Shown: piece by piece, positions 27,775 to 36,678 of the stretch
Layout: each line of letters starts with the position of its first letter
Position numbering within the stretch: the stretch's first letter is position 1
NCBI GenBank assembly: GCA_965223345.1
Contig: CBDCWG010000012.1
Coordinates: 1,088,001 to 1,152,000, forward strand
Direction of reading: 5' to 3'
Origin: Nitrospinales bacterium
Lineage (GTDB): Bacteria; Nitrospinota; Nitrospinia; Nitrospinales; VA-1
Length of the DNA: 64,000 nucleotides
The notes under the pieces: generated by a model
Told to the model about the DNA's origin: nothing
Databases searched by the model: none
The model's input: the letters and a program-made list of their open reading frames with translations, nothing else
Position numbers and translations under genes: made by a program

Positions 27775-28257
27775 TCAATAATCGCCCTTCAAATGATCGG
27801 CGATTTTTGCAGCGGCCTGATTGAACAGCATCTCGCTGGAGCCGCCGGTGATCCCGCCCTTGAGCCAGGAGGTCACCACCCAGCCGCCCACCATTTCGTC
27901 TTCATTATACAGAGCGGCTTTCACCTTCAGTTTGGCTTTCGCCGAATTGGCGGCGCCGAACGTCGCCATGCGGGCGAGGCGGTTGCCTTCCTTGTACTCC
28001 AGCACTTTGTATTTCAAAAAATACTTGGCCTGGGTTCCGGTCAACAGAAAGCCGGTGTTGCTGTCCACGGATTCTTCCAGCGAATCCTGCAGGTGGGTGC
28101 TGGCATCGATGAGCTTGTTGTCCTGGGAAGTCAGGTTGACGATGCGCAGCGTGTTGACTTCATTTTTCCAGCCTTTTTTCACTTCCGATTCCACCCCCGC
28201 GCAGGCCGAAAGGAGAAGAACCGACAAGATAAAAATCATTATGTAGACTTTTTTCAT
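27775..28257 (-). CDS. Putative lipoprotein (DUF4410-like)
   Basis: MKKVYIMIFILSVLLLSAC lipobox from ATG 28257; EGNRLARM..FGA motif. Confidence 0.6.
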   Translation of the reverse strand: MKKVYIMIFILSVLLLSACAGVESEVKKGWKNEVNTLRIVNLTSQDNKLIDASTHLQDSLEESVDSNTGFLLTGTQAKYFLKYKVLEYKEGNRLARMATFGAANSAKAKLKVKAALYNEDEMVGGWVVTSWLKGGITGGSSEMLFNQAAAKIADHLKGDY

Positions 28258-28375
28258 ATCTGGATCCACCGTTTGATTGTCTGACTGAATGTATGCCGCG
28301 CATTTTAACAAAAAACCGATATTGATTTCAATAGGTTGGCCAAAATGGCGCAAGCGGGGGATTCGGAGGTCCGAT

Positions 28376-30154
28376 TCACATGAACCAGTGCAGGACCTTT
28401 TCCTCGAAATCGCTGAACCAGATCTGCAACTCGATGGGGATGAGACTGTTCAGATAGGTGAGGTAACCCATCGCCAGGGCGATGCCCAGAGTGATGAGCA
28501 GAAGCCCGCTGAACAGGTTGGTGGAATGCAACAGAATCGTGCGGCCGGCGACGGTGACTTCCCAGCCCTTGCCGCGCAACACCCTCCAGAACAGGCCGTC
28601 CTTGGGCAGGTGGCCGCAGAACGTGGAAATGAGGATGAGCGGCAGTCCCAGACCGACGGCGTAGAAGAACAACAGGGCCATGCCTTCGAACACGGTTTTT
28701 TCCGAAGCGGCGAGGATGAGGATGCCCGAGAGGATCGGACCGACGCAGGGCGTCCATCCCAGGGCGAAGGTCGCGCCGAACAGAAAGAAGCCGAAAAATG
28801 TGGAGCCGGGTTTGCCTTTGAAATTCGCTCCGGAGAATCCCTTGCCGAACAGCGTCATCACGCCGAACACGGCGACGAGGATGCCGCCGATCGTGGTGAG
28901 GGAAAAAATGTAATCGCGCAGGATCTGCCCGATCAGGCTTGCGGAGGCGCCCATCGCCACAAACAGGGTGGCGAGCCCGACGAAAAACGCCAGCGACATC
29001 AGCCCGATCCGCGTGCGGTCGGTCTGCGCGGTGATGGCAAAGTACGCCGGCAGAATCGGCAGCGTGCAGGGTGACAGAAAACTGAACACGCCGGCGATGA
29101 AAGCCAGCAGAGTGAGGGCCAGGATGCCGGACTGCGGCAGGCTCGGTTTTGCTTCGAAGGGGTTGACGGAAACCGAAGGCGCTTCGCTCTTGGTTTCGAG
29201 GCCGGTCGATGTGGCCGCGGAAGACGATTTTGCCGGCGCGTCGTTTCCGGATTGGCCCACGAGCACCTGGCCGAGCGAGGCCTGGCGCATGGCCGCGGGT
29301 TTTTCCGCACTCACACAGCGAAAGCCCACATCGGGGGCGGGTTCGTCCGGATGGGCGAATTGCCGGTAGCCGCTGCGGGCGAACTGCTTCAGAGCATTCT
29401 GGTAGAGCGGGCCGGGGAAATGCCCGATGTCGCGGGCGGAATGGCCGCGCAGCACTTTGTAACCGGCATTGAAGTTTTCGTTTTGGTAGCTGGAACCTTT
29501 GAAGGGGCGGTATTCGGCCTGGGTCCACTCCCACACGTTGCCGATGAGGTCGTGTACGCCCTCCGGGCTCGCCCCTTTGGGATGGGCTCCCACCGGGCCC
29601 GGCGTGTTCTTGCTGCCGGGGCTCTGCGGCAGGTTGGCGAGCGTGGCGTCGAAGCGGTCGCCCCAGGGGTACTGGCTGCCCTTGCTTCCGCGCGCGGCGC
29701 GTTCCCACTGCTTCTCGGTGGGCAGCGCCTTTCCCGCCCACTGGCAGAAGTTGGTGGCGTCGAACCAGTTCACCCAGACCACCGGGTGATCGTCCTGCCC
29801 TTCGGGGTGGGTGTCGTTTTTCCAGTTCGGAGGCGGAATCGCTCCCACATCGTCCCGGTAGATCTTGTATCGCCTGTTGGTGACTTCGTAGCGGTCGATG
29901 TAAAAACTCTTCAAGAAGACCTTCTGCTCGGGACCCTCGTCGGCGTACCAGGGTTTGGGGATGCCCAGAGACAGGGCCTCGGCGGACTCGTCTTTGAGAT
30001 CGGTGCCGAAAATAAAATGTCCCGCCGGAATCAGGACCATGTCTCCTTCCAGCGGGTTGTCTTTTGCGGGCGCCGCCGCGAGCGAGGAAACGGCCGCAAG
30101 GAAAACCAGGGAGGCCCAAAGCGCCACCCGTATATGGGTTCGGATCGATATCAT
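28376..30154 (-). CDS. Fusion protein: periplasmic FGE/SUMF1 domain plus CcdA/DsbD-type transmembrane thiol-redox domain
   Basis: N-terminal signal and FGE motifs (FYIDRYEVTN, LPTEKQWERAARG, GNVWEWT, GFRCV); C-terminal SFLSPCTLP and GWTPCVGPIL CcdA motifs; one continuous ORF. Confidence 0.9.
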   Translation of the reverse strand: MISIRTHIRVALWASLVFLAAVSSLAAAPAKDNPLEGDMVLIPAGHFIFGTDLKDESAEALSLGIPKPWYADEGPEQKVFLKSFYIDRYEVTNRRYKIYRDDVGAIPPPNWKNDTHPEGQDDHPVVWVNWFDATNFCQWAGKALPTEKQWERAARGSKGSQYPWGDRFDATLANLPQSPGSKNTPGPVGAHPKGASPEGVHDLIGNVWEWTQAEYRPFKGSSYQNENFNAGYKVLRGHSARDIGHFPGPLYQNALKQFARSGYRQFAHPDEPAPDVGFRCVSAEKPAAMRQASLGQVLVGQSGNDAPAKSSSAATSTGLETKSEAPSVSVNPFEAKPSLPQSGILALTLLAFIAGVFSFLSPCTLPILPAYFAITAQTDRTRIGLMSLAFFVGLATLFVAMGASASLIGQILRDYIFSLTTIGGILVAVFGVMTLFGKGFSGANFKGKPGSTFFGFFLFGATFALGWTPCVGPILSGILILAASEKTVFEGMALLFFYAVGLGLPLILISTFCGHLPKDGLFWRVLRGKGWEVTVAGRTILLHSTNLFSGLLLITLGIALAMGYLTYLNSLIPIELQIWFSDFEEKVLHWFM

Positions 30155-30197
30155 GACGGAACAATTCGGTCTGCCGCGACTCCCGGCATTGCGTCGA

Positions 30198-30716
30198 TCA
30201 GGTCTTGCCGATCAACTTTTCGAAATACCGCAGGGTCTCGGGTTCGGTCCAGTTCTCGGCGCCCTGCTTGACGCCGATGATGTTTCCCTCCCGGTCGATC
30301 AGGATCGATGTGGGAAGGCTGATCACACCGAACTGGTGACTCACGGTCAATTCCTGGTCGAGCAGCACCGTGAAAGACAGTGCGTTGGCTTTCACGTAGG
30401 GCTCGACGACGCGGGAGCCGAACATGTCGTTGGAAATGGCGAGCACTTCGAATCCCCAGGGCTTGAATCGCTGGTACAGCGCCTCCAGCGAGGGCATCTC
30501 GATCTTGCAGGGGCCGCACCAGGTCGCCCAGAAATTGAGAAGGACGAATTTGCCCCGGTATTGATCGAGGCTCACCTGTTTTCCGCTTAACGATTTGAGT
30601 GAAAAATTTCCCGCACGTTCGTCTTTGTCGGCGTAAGCGGAACTGCCTGACAAAAAAATCAGCAGCGTGAGCGCAACGATCCAGCGCAAGACGGATTTGT
30701 TGTGGGATTCGATCAC
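30198..30716 (-). CDS. TlpA/ResA-family periplasmic thioredoxin-like protein
   Basis: LLNFWATWCGPCKIEMP; signal/anchor after probable GTG start at 30716. Confidence 0.9.
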   Translation of the reverse strand: MIESHNKSVLRWIVALTLLIFLSGSSAYADKDERAGNFSLKSLSGKQVSLDQYRGKFVLLNFWATWCGPCKIEMPSLEALYQRFKPWGFEVLAISNDMFGSRVVEPYVKANALSFTVLLDQELTVSHQFGVISLPTSILIDREGNIIGVKQGAENWTEPETLRYFEKLIGKT

Positions 30717-30769
30717 GAAACGACGGATGAGGTTGGATGTTTCCAGCCTGGGTATGCGGCCGCGGGCGT

Positions 30770-30991
30770 TCACTCGACCGCTTCGATGCAGCGGACCATG
30801 GGAATGGCTTTTTTCAAAGCCCGTTCGATGCCCATCTTGAGGGTCATGGTGGAACTGGAGCAGGAACTGCACGAGCCGACCAGGCGCAGTTTCACCACGC
30901 CGTCGTCGATGTCCACCAACTCCACGTTGCCGCCGTCGGCCATCAGTGAAGGACGGATGGTATCCAGCACCGCTTCGACTTCATCCTTCAT
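30770..30991 (-). CDS. NifU C-terminal/NfuA-type Fe-S carrier
   Basis: IRPSLMADGGNVEL...GSCSSCSSSTMTLKMGIE. Confidence 0.92.
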   Translation of the reverse strand: MKDEVEAVLDTIRPSLMADGGNVELVDIDDGVVKLRLVGSCSSCSSSTMTLKMGIERALKKAIPMVRCIEAVE

Positions 30992-31030
30992 GGCTGGGTT
31001 CCTTTGGGTTATCGATTGCGTTCGGAATGA

Positions 31031-31793
<763 letters not shown>

Positions 31794-31798
31794 TCAAT

Positions 31799-31827
31799 AT
31801 TTTGAAATGGATAACGGGGATTGTCAA
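31799..31827 (-). promoter_or_regulatory. Sigma70 promoter directly abutting the JAB start codon
   Basis: Minus strand TTGACA-N17-CAAAAT ending 5 nt before ATG 31793. Confidence 0.55.
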
Positions 31828-31981
31828 ATGGTTTTCAAAACCTATCGCCGTGCGGAAATTCAGGCGTTTTCGCAAGCGTGGATTCGCCTTCGCGCCGCAG
31901 GGACGCCGGCGGCCGCAGCGCGGTTGCGAGAGGATTGGCGTTGACAAATCAAAGGCTTTCCTGCCCCGTCCGCAAAGCCGT

Positions 31982-32272
31982 TCAAACGTGCGTGCGGACC
32001 ACGAGGTTGTCCTCGACCGTGACCTGGCAGGCCAGGCGGATGGCGGCGGGTTTTTTCTTGAGCTTTTCGTTTTCGATGTCGTTTCTCGGCGCGACGTTTC
32101 CGGAAACGATCTCCACCTTGCAGGAAGTGCACAAACCGCGGCCCCTGCAGTTGAGGATTTTCAGGATGTGCGGGTAGAGGCTCAGTTTGTTGGCGATGGC
32201 CGCCTCCCGCAGGTTGGCGCCGGGTTCCACTTTGAGCGTTCGGTTCTGTTTTTCGAATCGGATTTCTAGCAT
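31982..32272 (-). CDS. [2Fe-2S] ferredoxin
   Basis: From ATG 32272: NCRGRGLCTSC...RLACQV. Confidence 0.88.
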   Translation of the reverse strand: MLEIRFEKQNRTLKVEPGANLREAAIANKLSLYPHILKILNCRGRGLCTSCKVEIVSGNVAPRNDIENEKLKKKPAAIRLACQVTVEDNLVVRTHV

Positions 32273-32598
32273 GCTTCTATTTCCACAAAATGATGCAGTT
32301 TGCCTTTGCCCCAATAACCGTGAAAGGCGCTCCCCACCGAGTTGCAGGTGGTGTTCATGTGCACGAACTGTTTTTTCCCGTCGTCCGCCTTGTGCACGCC
32401 CACCTGGGTGAAGGGCGGGATGACGCCGCCGCAGTTGACGCACACCGTCGAATGTTGCTCACACAGGGTGCGCAGGCATTTTTCGCACACCACGGGATCG
32501 AACAGGAAGATCTCCTGGCCTTCGTATTCCAGCACCGTGGGCAGCGTGTCCACGGTTATACCACATTCCAGGCAGACGGGGGCCTCGGTTCGGTTCAT
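32266..32598 (-). CDS. Cys-rich hypothetical protein (putative metal-binding)
   Basis: CLEC, CEKC, CVNC and HMNTTC; overlaps the ferredoxin start. Confidence 0.65.
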   Translation of the reverse strand: MNRTEAPVCLECGITVDTLPTVLEYEGQEIFLFDPVVCEKCLRTLCEQHSTVCVNCGGVIPPFTQVGVHKADDGKKQFVHMNTTCNSVGSAFHGYWGKGKLHHFVEIEAC

Positions 32599-32657
32599 GG
32601 CGTCGGGCGTTGCGGTTTCAGATGGATTTTCGATCTCGCATTCTACTTGAAACGGGG

Positions 32658-33692
32658 TCAGTTGATACAGACTTTTTTCATGTCCTCGAAATTGTCGAGG
32701 ACGGCGCCCGCGCCCCGGCAGATGCTGAGGAGGGGTTCGTTGGGGATGTAGACCTTGAGGGTGGTTTTTTCCTCCACCAGCTTGTCCAGGCCGCGGATCA
32801 GGGCGCCGCCGCCGGTGAGGTAGATGCCGTTGGAGTGGATGTCCGCGGAAAGCTCCGGCGGCACCTTTTCCAGCGCCCGCAGCACCACGGCGATGATGGT
32901 GGAAAGCGGTTCCTTCATCGCTTCTCGGATTTCCTCGTCGTCCACCACTATGGAAGTCGGAACCCCGGTCTTGACGTTGAGCCCCTTGACCTCGGTGGTC
33001 AGTTTTTCCAGCAGGGGGTAGGCGCTGCCCACGGCGATCTTGGTGCGTTCGCCTTCGAACACGCCGATGTTGAGGTGGTGCGCGATGCGCATGTAGCGCA
33101 TGATGGCTTCGTCGATCTCATCGCCCGCCAGCCGCACCGATTCGCCGTAAGCGATGGCGGACAGCGACACCACGGCGACGTCGGTGGTGCCGCCGCCGAT
33201 GTCGATCACCATGTTGCCTTCGGGTTTGTGCGCGGGGATGCCGACGCCGATCGCGGCGGCCATCGGTTCCTCGATCAGGTGCACTTCCCGCACACCGGCC
33301 ATCAGGGAGGCGTCGATCACCGCTTTCTTCTCCACCTGGGTGATGCAGGTGGGGATGCCGACCACCATTTTGGGTTTGAAGAAGCGGTTTTTCTTCAAAA
33401 CTTTTTTGATGAAATAATTGATCATCGTGTTGGTGATGTCGAAATCGGCGATCACCCCGTCCTTCATGGGCCGGATGGTCTCGACGCGCGAATGGGTGCG
33501 GCCGTACATCTGTTTGGCTTCCAGTCCCACCGCCTCGACGTTGCGGCTTTTCACGCCGACGGCCACCACCGAGGGTTCGTCGAGGACGATGCCCTCGTCG
33601 CGGGTATAGATCAAGGTATTGGCGGTTCCCAGGTCCATCGCCAGATCGGATGAGAACCAGCTGAAAACATTGTTCAGGAATTTTCCCATCAT
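32658..33692 (-). CDS. mreB: Rod shape-determining actin homolog MreB
   Basis: DLGTANTL, IRPMKDGVIADF, DIGGGTTD and LTGGGAL motifs. Confidence 0.95.
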   Translation of the reverse strand: MMGKFLNNVFSWFSSDLAMDLGTANTLIYTRDEGIVLDEPSVVAVGVKSRNVEAVGLEAKQMYGRTHSRVETIRPMKDGVIADFDITNTMINYFIKKVLKKNRFFKPKMVVGIPTCITQVEKKAVIDASLMAGVREVHLIEEPMAAAIGVGIPAHKPEGNMVIDIGGGTTDVAVVSLSAIAYGESVRLAGDEIDEAIMRYMRIAHHLNIGVFEGERTKIAVGSAYPLLEKLTTEVKGLNVKTGVPTSIVVDDEEIREAMKEPLSTIIAVVLRALEKVPPELSADIHSNGIYLTGGGALIRGLDKLVEEKTTLKVYIPNEPLLSICRGAGAVLDNFEDMKKVCIN

Positions 33693-35107
33693 GTAGTCAC
33701 TTTGAAGTTGGGAGACGTTCGGCTCCAGGAAAGGCTGATGAGGTCGAGGAGATGGTCGCCGTCATCGGGATAGGTGGACAGGCCCCAGTCCGCCTTGACG
33801 GACATGGGGGCGCCTCCGACGGAAAGAGGCTGGTTGCTGAAGATGTGCTTCAGTTTGTTTTCGATCGCGGCCATCTGTTCGCGATCTTTTTTCAATACCA
33901 TGATCAGAAATGCGGTGTCGGAATATTTGAAGATGTTCTTGGGCGAGGGAATCGCTTTGTTGAAAATGGAAATCATGCCCTTGAGCAGCATGTCTCCGTG
34001 GCGGACACCGTGGGTTTCGTACAGAGCCGGCAGGTTGGTCACCTGCGCGGTCAGAAAGAAGACCGGCTGGCCGTCCAGAAAGATCTTGTCGGCCACCGCC
34101 TGCTGGTGATCGGTCAGGAAGCGGTGGTTGTAGATGCCGGTGATGGGATCGCGGTTGCGATCGACGAGAAGCCGGTCCTTGGTCTCCGCGTAGTAGAGCG
34201 CGGAAGCGGCAGCTTGCGCGATCAGGGACAGTTTGTCCAGATCGGGGAGCGTCAACCCGTCGGTCTTGAGCGAGCCGCAGACGAACACACCCAAAAGTTG
34301 CTGGTTCATGGTGATCGGAACGGCGATGACCGACCCCAGGTTTTCCGGCTGTTCCTTTTCGCTGAACAGCACCGTTTGCGGCGGATGCAGCGCCTTGGTC
34401 AACACGGGAGAGCGGTTCTGCGCGCACGCCCCGGCGAGGCCGGAGCCGATGTTCACTTCCAGCGTGGACAGGTCCTGGTGAAACCCGGTCTGATGCTGAA
34501 CGCGGCCGACCCCTTTGGGGTCGAACCAGAGCACGGCGGCGGCGTTGTGTTCGAGGATGGATTGCGGAATCCGGATCAGTTTTTCCCCGACCGTGTTGCG
34601 GTCGAAACATTCGGCGAGCAGCTGGTTGTAGGCGTTCATCTTGCGGATGGAAGGCCAGGCTCTTCCGCGCCGGTTCGGTTTCTGTTTTTCCTGGTGCAGG
34701 TGCCAGGCCATCTGGTCCGCGAAGCCCGCGAGGATTTTCTGCATTTTCGGTGCGAAGCTGTAGGTCTCCTTGGTGGCCACCGCGAGCACGCCTTCCAGTT
34801 CGTGATGGATCACCGGAACGGCGATGAAACTTTTGAGGTCTTCCTTCTTTTTGTAGATTTCAAGGCGGATGGTGTCCTGATCGAAATGATCCAGCACGAC
34901 GGGTTTCAGCGTCTGCGCCACCTCGCCGATGGGCCCCTGGCCGAAAGGGATTTTCACGCCGGGGATGAAGTTGGAACTCAGGGACAGATGGTTGCGCAGG
35001 TAGAGGGTTTTCTCTTCGTGGTCCGCAGCGAAAAGAGCGGTGGTGAACCCATCGGTGACATTGGTCGTCAGTTCGATGAGATGTGCAAAAATATCGGAGA
35101 TAACCAT
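33689..35107 (-). CDS. Double-GAF protein with degenerate GGDEF domain
   Basis: Two GAF-like segments; RDPITGIYNHR; KYSDTAF in place of RYGGDEF; YPDDG. Confidence 0.8.
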   Translation of the reverse strand: MVISDIFAHLIELTTNVTDGFTTALFAADHEEKTLYLRNHLSLSSNFIPGVKIPFGQGPIGEVAQTLKPVVLDHFDQDTIRLEIYKKKEDLKSFIAVPVIHHELEGVLAVATKETYSFAPKMQKILAGFADQMAWHLHQEKQKPNRRGRAWPSIRKMNAYNQLLAECFDRNTVGEKLIRIPQSILEHNAAAVLWFDPKGVGRVQHQTGFHQDLSTLEVNIGSGLAGACAQNRSPVLTKALHPPQTVLFSEKEQPENLGSVIAVPITMNQQLLGVFVCGSLKTDGLTLPDLDKLSLIAQAAASALYYAETKDRLLVDRNRDPITGIYNHRFLTDHQQAVADKIFLDGQPVFFLTAQVTNLPALYETHGVRHGDMLLKGMISIFNKAIPSPKNIFKYSDTAFLIMVLKKDREQMAAIENKLKHIFSNQPLSVGGAPMSVKADWGLSTYPDDGDHLLDLISLSWSRTSPNFKVTT

Positions 35108-35186
35108 GGAAGGGTCGAAAAGAATCGCTCCGGCGCTCGAATGGGACGCACCGCAAAAACCGGGAGGGCCTGGCCACGAAACAAAA

Positions 35187-35633
35187 TCATTGGCCCCTGT
35201 TTTTCAAAAAATCCCGGTAGGCTCGAACTGCGTTTTTGTCCACCGCCTTGGCGGCGACCTCATATTCGTATCCGGAATCCCCGGCGTATTCCCGCACGCG
35301 CACGGCCTGGCAATCGATGTTCCTCTGCTCCCCGTTGTGCGGCGAGCGGAAGGTGACGGCTAACAGATCGTTGTCGATCACCGGGGCGGTGGTGGTGAAA
35401 AACATTCCGTTGGTGGAAAGCTCCCGGATGGTGATTTTATGCGTTTTGTAAAAAAATTCGGTTTCCCGTTCGATGTCCGCGGTTGCGGGGATCGTCACCC
35501 GGGCCCTGCGGCTGCTTCTGCGACCCAGCCCGCTTGCAAACTTGCGTTGAATGATCGCGTCCAGATCCTTCTTGAAGCCTAAGAGATCCTCCGCGGGAAC
35601 GGTCTCTAAGAATGCCAGGATTTTTTTGATCAT
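35187..35633 (-). CDS. PilZ-domain protein
   Basis: RRSSRRAR and ELSTNG (RxxxR / DxSxxG-like) motifs. Confidence 0.75.
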   Translation of the reverse strand: MIKKILAFLETVPAEDLLGFKKDLDAIIQRKFASGLGRRSSRRARVTIPATADIERETEFFYKTHKITIRELSTNGMFFTTTAPVIDNDLLAVTFRSPHNGEQRNIDCQAVRVREYAGDSGYEYEVAAKAVDKNAVRAYRDFLKNRGQ

Positions 35634-35822
35634 GGCGTGAACACTCGTGAAACAGAGTGGGCCAACCGGAAAAAAAGAATTGCCTACGCGTGCAGAATCA
35701 GGTTTGGAACCTGTTTGAAAATCATAATATAGTGACGAAAAATCACTGTCAATCTTTTATAATGGAATCCAGCTTTCCAATGAAAAAATACGGCAAAGCA
35801 TTGCTTTCTTTCACGAAACTTC

Positions 35823-35851
35823 TTGACAGGATCGGGGGGCGTTACTATACT
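35823..35851 (+). promoter_or_regulatory. Sigma70 promoter of the tRNA operon
   Basis: TTGACA-N17-TATACT. Confidence 0.8.
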
Positions 35852-35907
35852 CCCGCATTCCCTCTTGCTCCACAACAATCCGAACGGACCGAGGTTTGAA
35901 CGAGTAA

Positions 35908-35983
35908 GGGCGGATAGCTCAGCTGGAAGAGCACCGGCCTTACAAGCCGGGGGTCACAGGTTCGAGCCCTGTTCCGCCCACCA
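35908..35983 (+). tRNA. tRNA-Val(TAC)
   Basis: GGGCGGA/TCCGCCC acceptor stem, anticodon arm CCGGC-CTTACAA-GCCGG, GTTCGAG T-loop, CCA end. Confidence 0.97.
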
Positions 35984-36128
35984 TATCCGGATTGTTTCTG
36001 ATCGATGGACCTGCATGCGGGTTTTTTGAGAGAGGTCGCGAGGCCGAATGAAGCGCAGGCCTTGCAATCCGTCCCGGGTGTCCCTAGAATAACAACACCC
36101 ACCCAGGGCGCAGAGTTGGAAAAAAATC

Positions 36129-36205
36129 GGGGTCGTAGTTCAGTTGGTTAGAACGCTGGCCTGTCACGCCAGAGGTCGCGAGTTCGAGTCTCGTCGGCCC
36201 CGCCA
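36129..36205 (+). tRNA. tRNA-Asp(GTC)
   Basis: GGGGTCG/CGGCCCC acceptor stem, CTGGC-CTGTCAC-GCCAG anticodon arm, GTTCGAG, CCA end. Confidence 0.97.
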
Positions 36206-36215
36206 TTTTCTTCGA

Positions 36216-36252
36216 AGGGTTTACAGGTGTCTTCTGTAAGCCCTGTTTTTTT
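36216..36252 (+). terminator. Intrinsic terminator after the tRNA pair
   Basis: AGGGTTTACAG/CTGTAAGCCCT stem followed by a T7 tract. Confidence 0.85.
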
Positions 36253-36678
36253 GCCCGGAGTGGAGACCTGCGATCACGCAGTTCGAGTTGCGTGCGAAAT
36301 CCTCTTATAGAGCGATCCTCTCCTCGTATCGCGTGCGGTTTTGTTTTATCCGATAACGAAGGATCCGATTGCGTAGAGGTCCCGCCGTTGATTTTCCCCA
36401 TCCATAGGCTTCCTTGAACTTCTGCCTCCCGTTCCCCAAGCGGTCATCCAGCGTCCATTTGTTTGGTTAAATTTCGTGTGAATTACGCTTGAATGTGTAT
36501 GAAAATGTATACGCTGGGGCGGGGGGATTGATCCGACGTCTTCAGTAAAAGTATTTGAAAGTATGGGGCTTATGAGGTTTTGGGTGTGCCCGCGGGTTGG
36601 CAAGCATCTTGCTTTATTAAAGGAATCCCAATAAAAATTCGTATTTTCAGGGCTTTTTCCCATCGGCCCCTTTCAACC

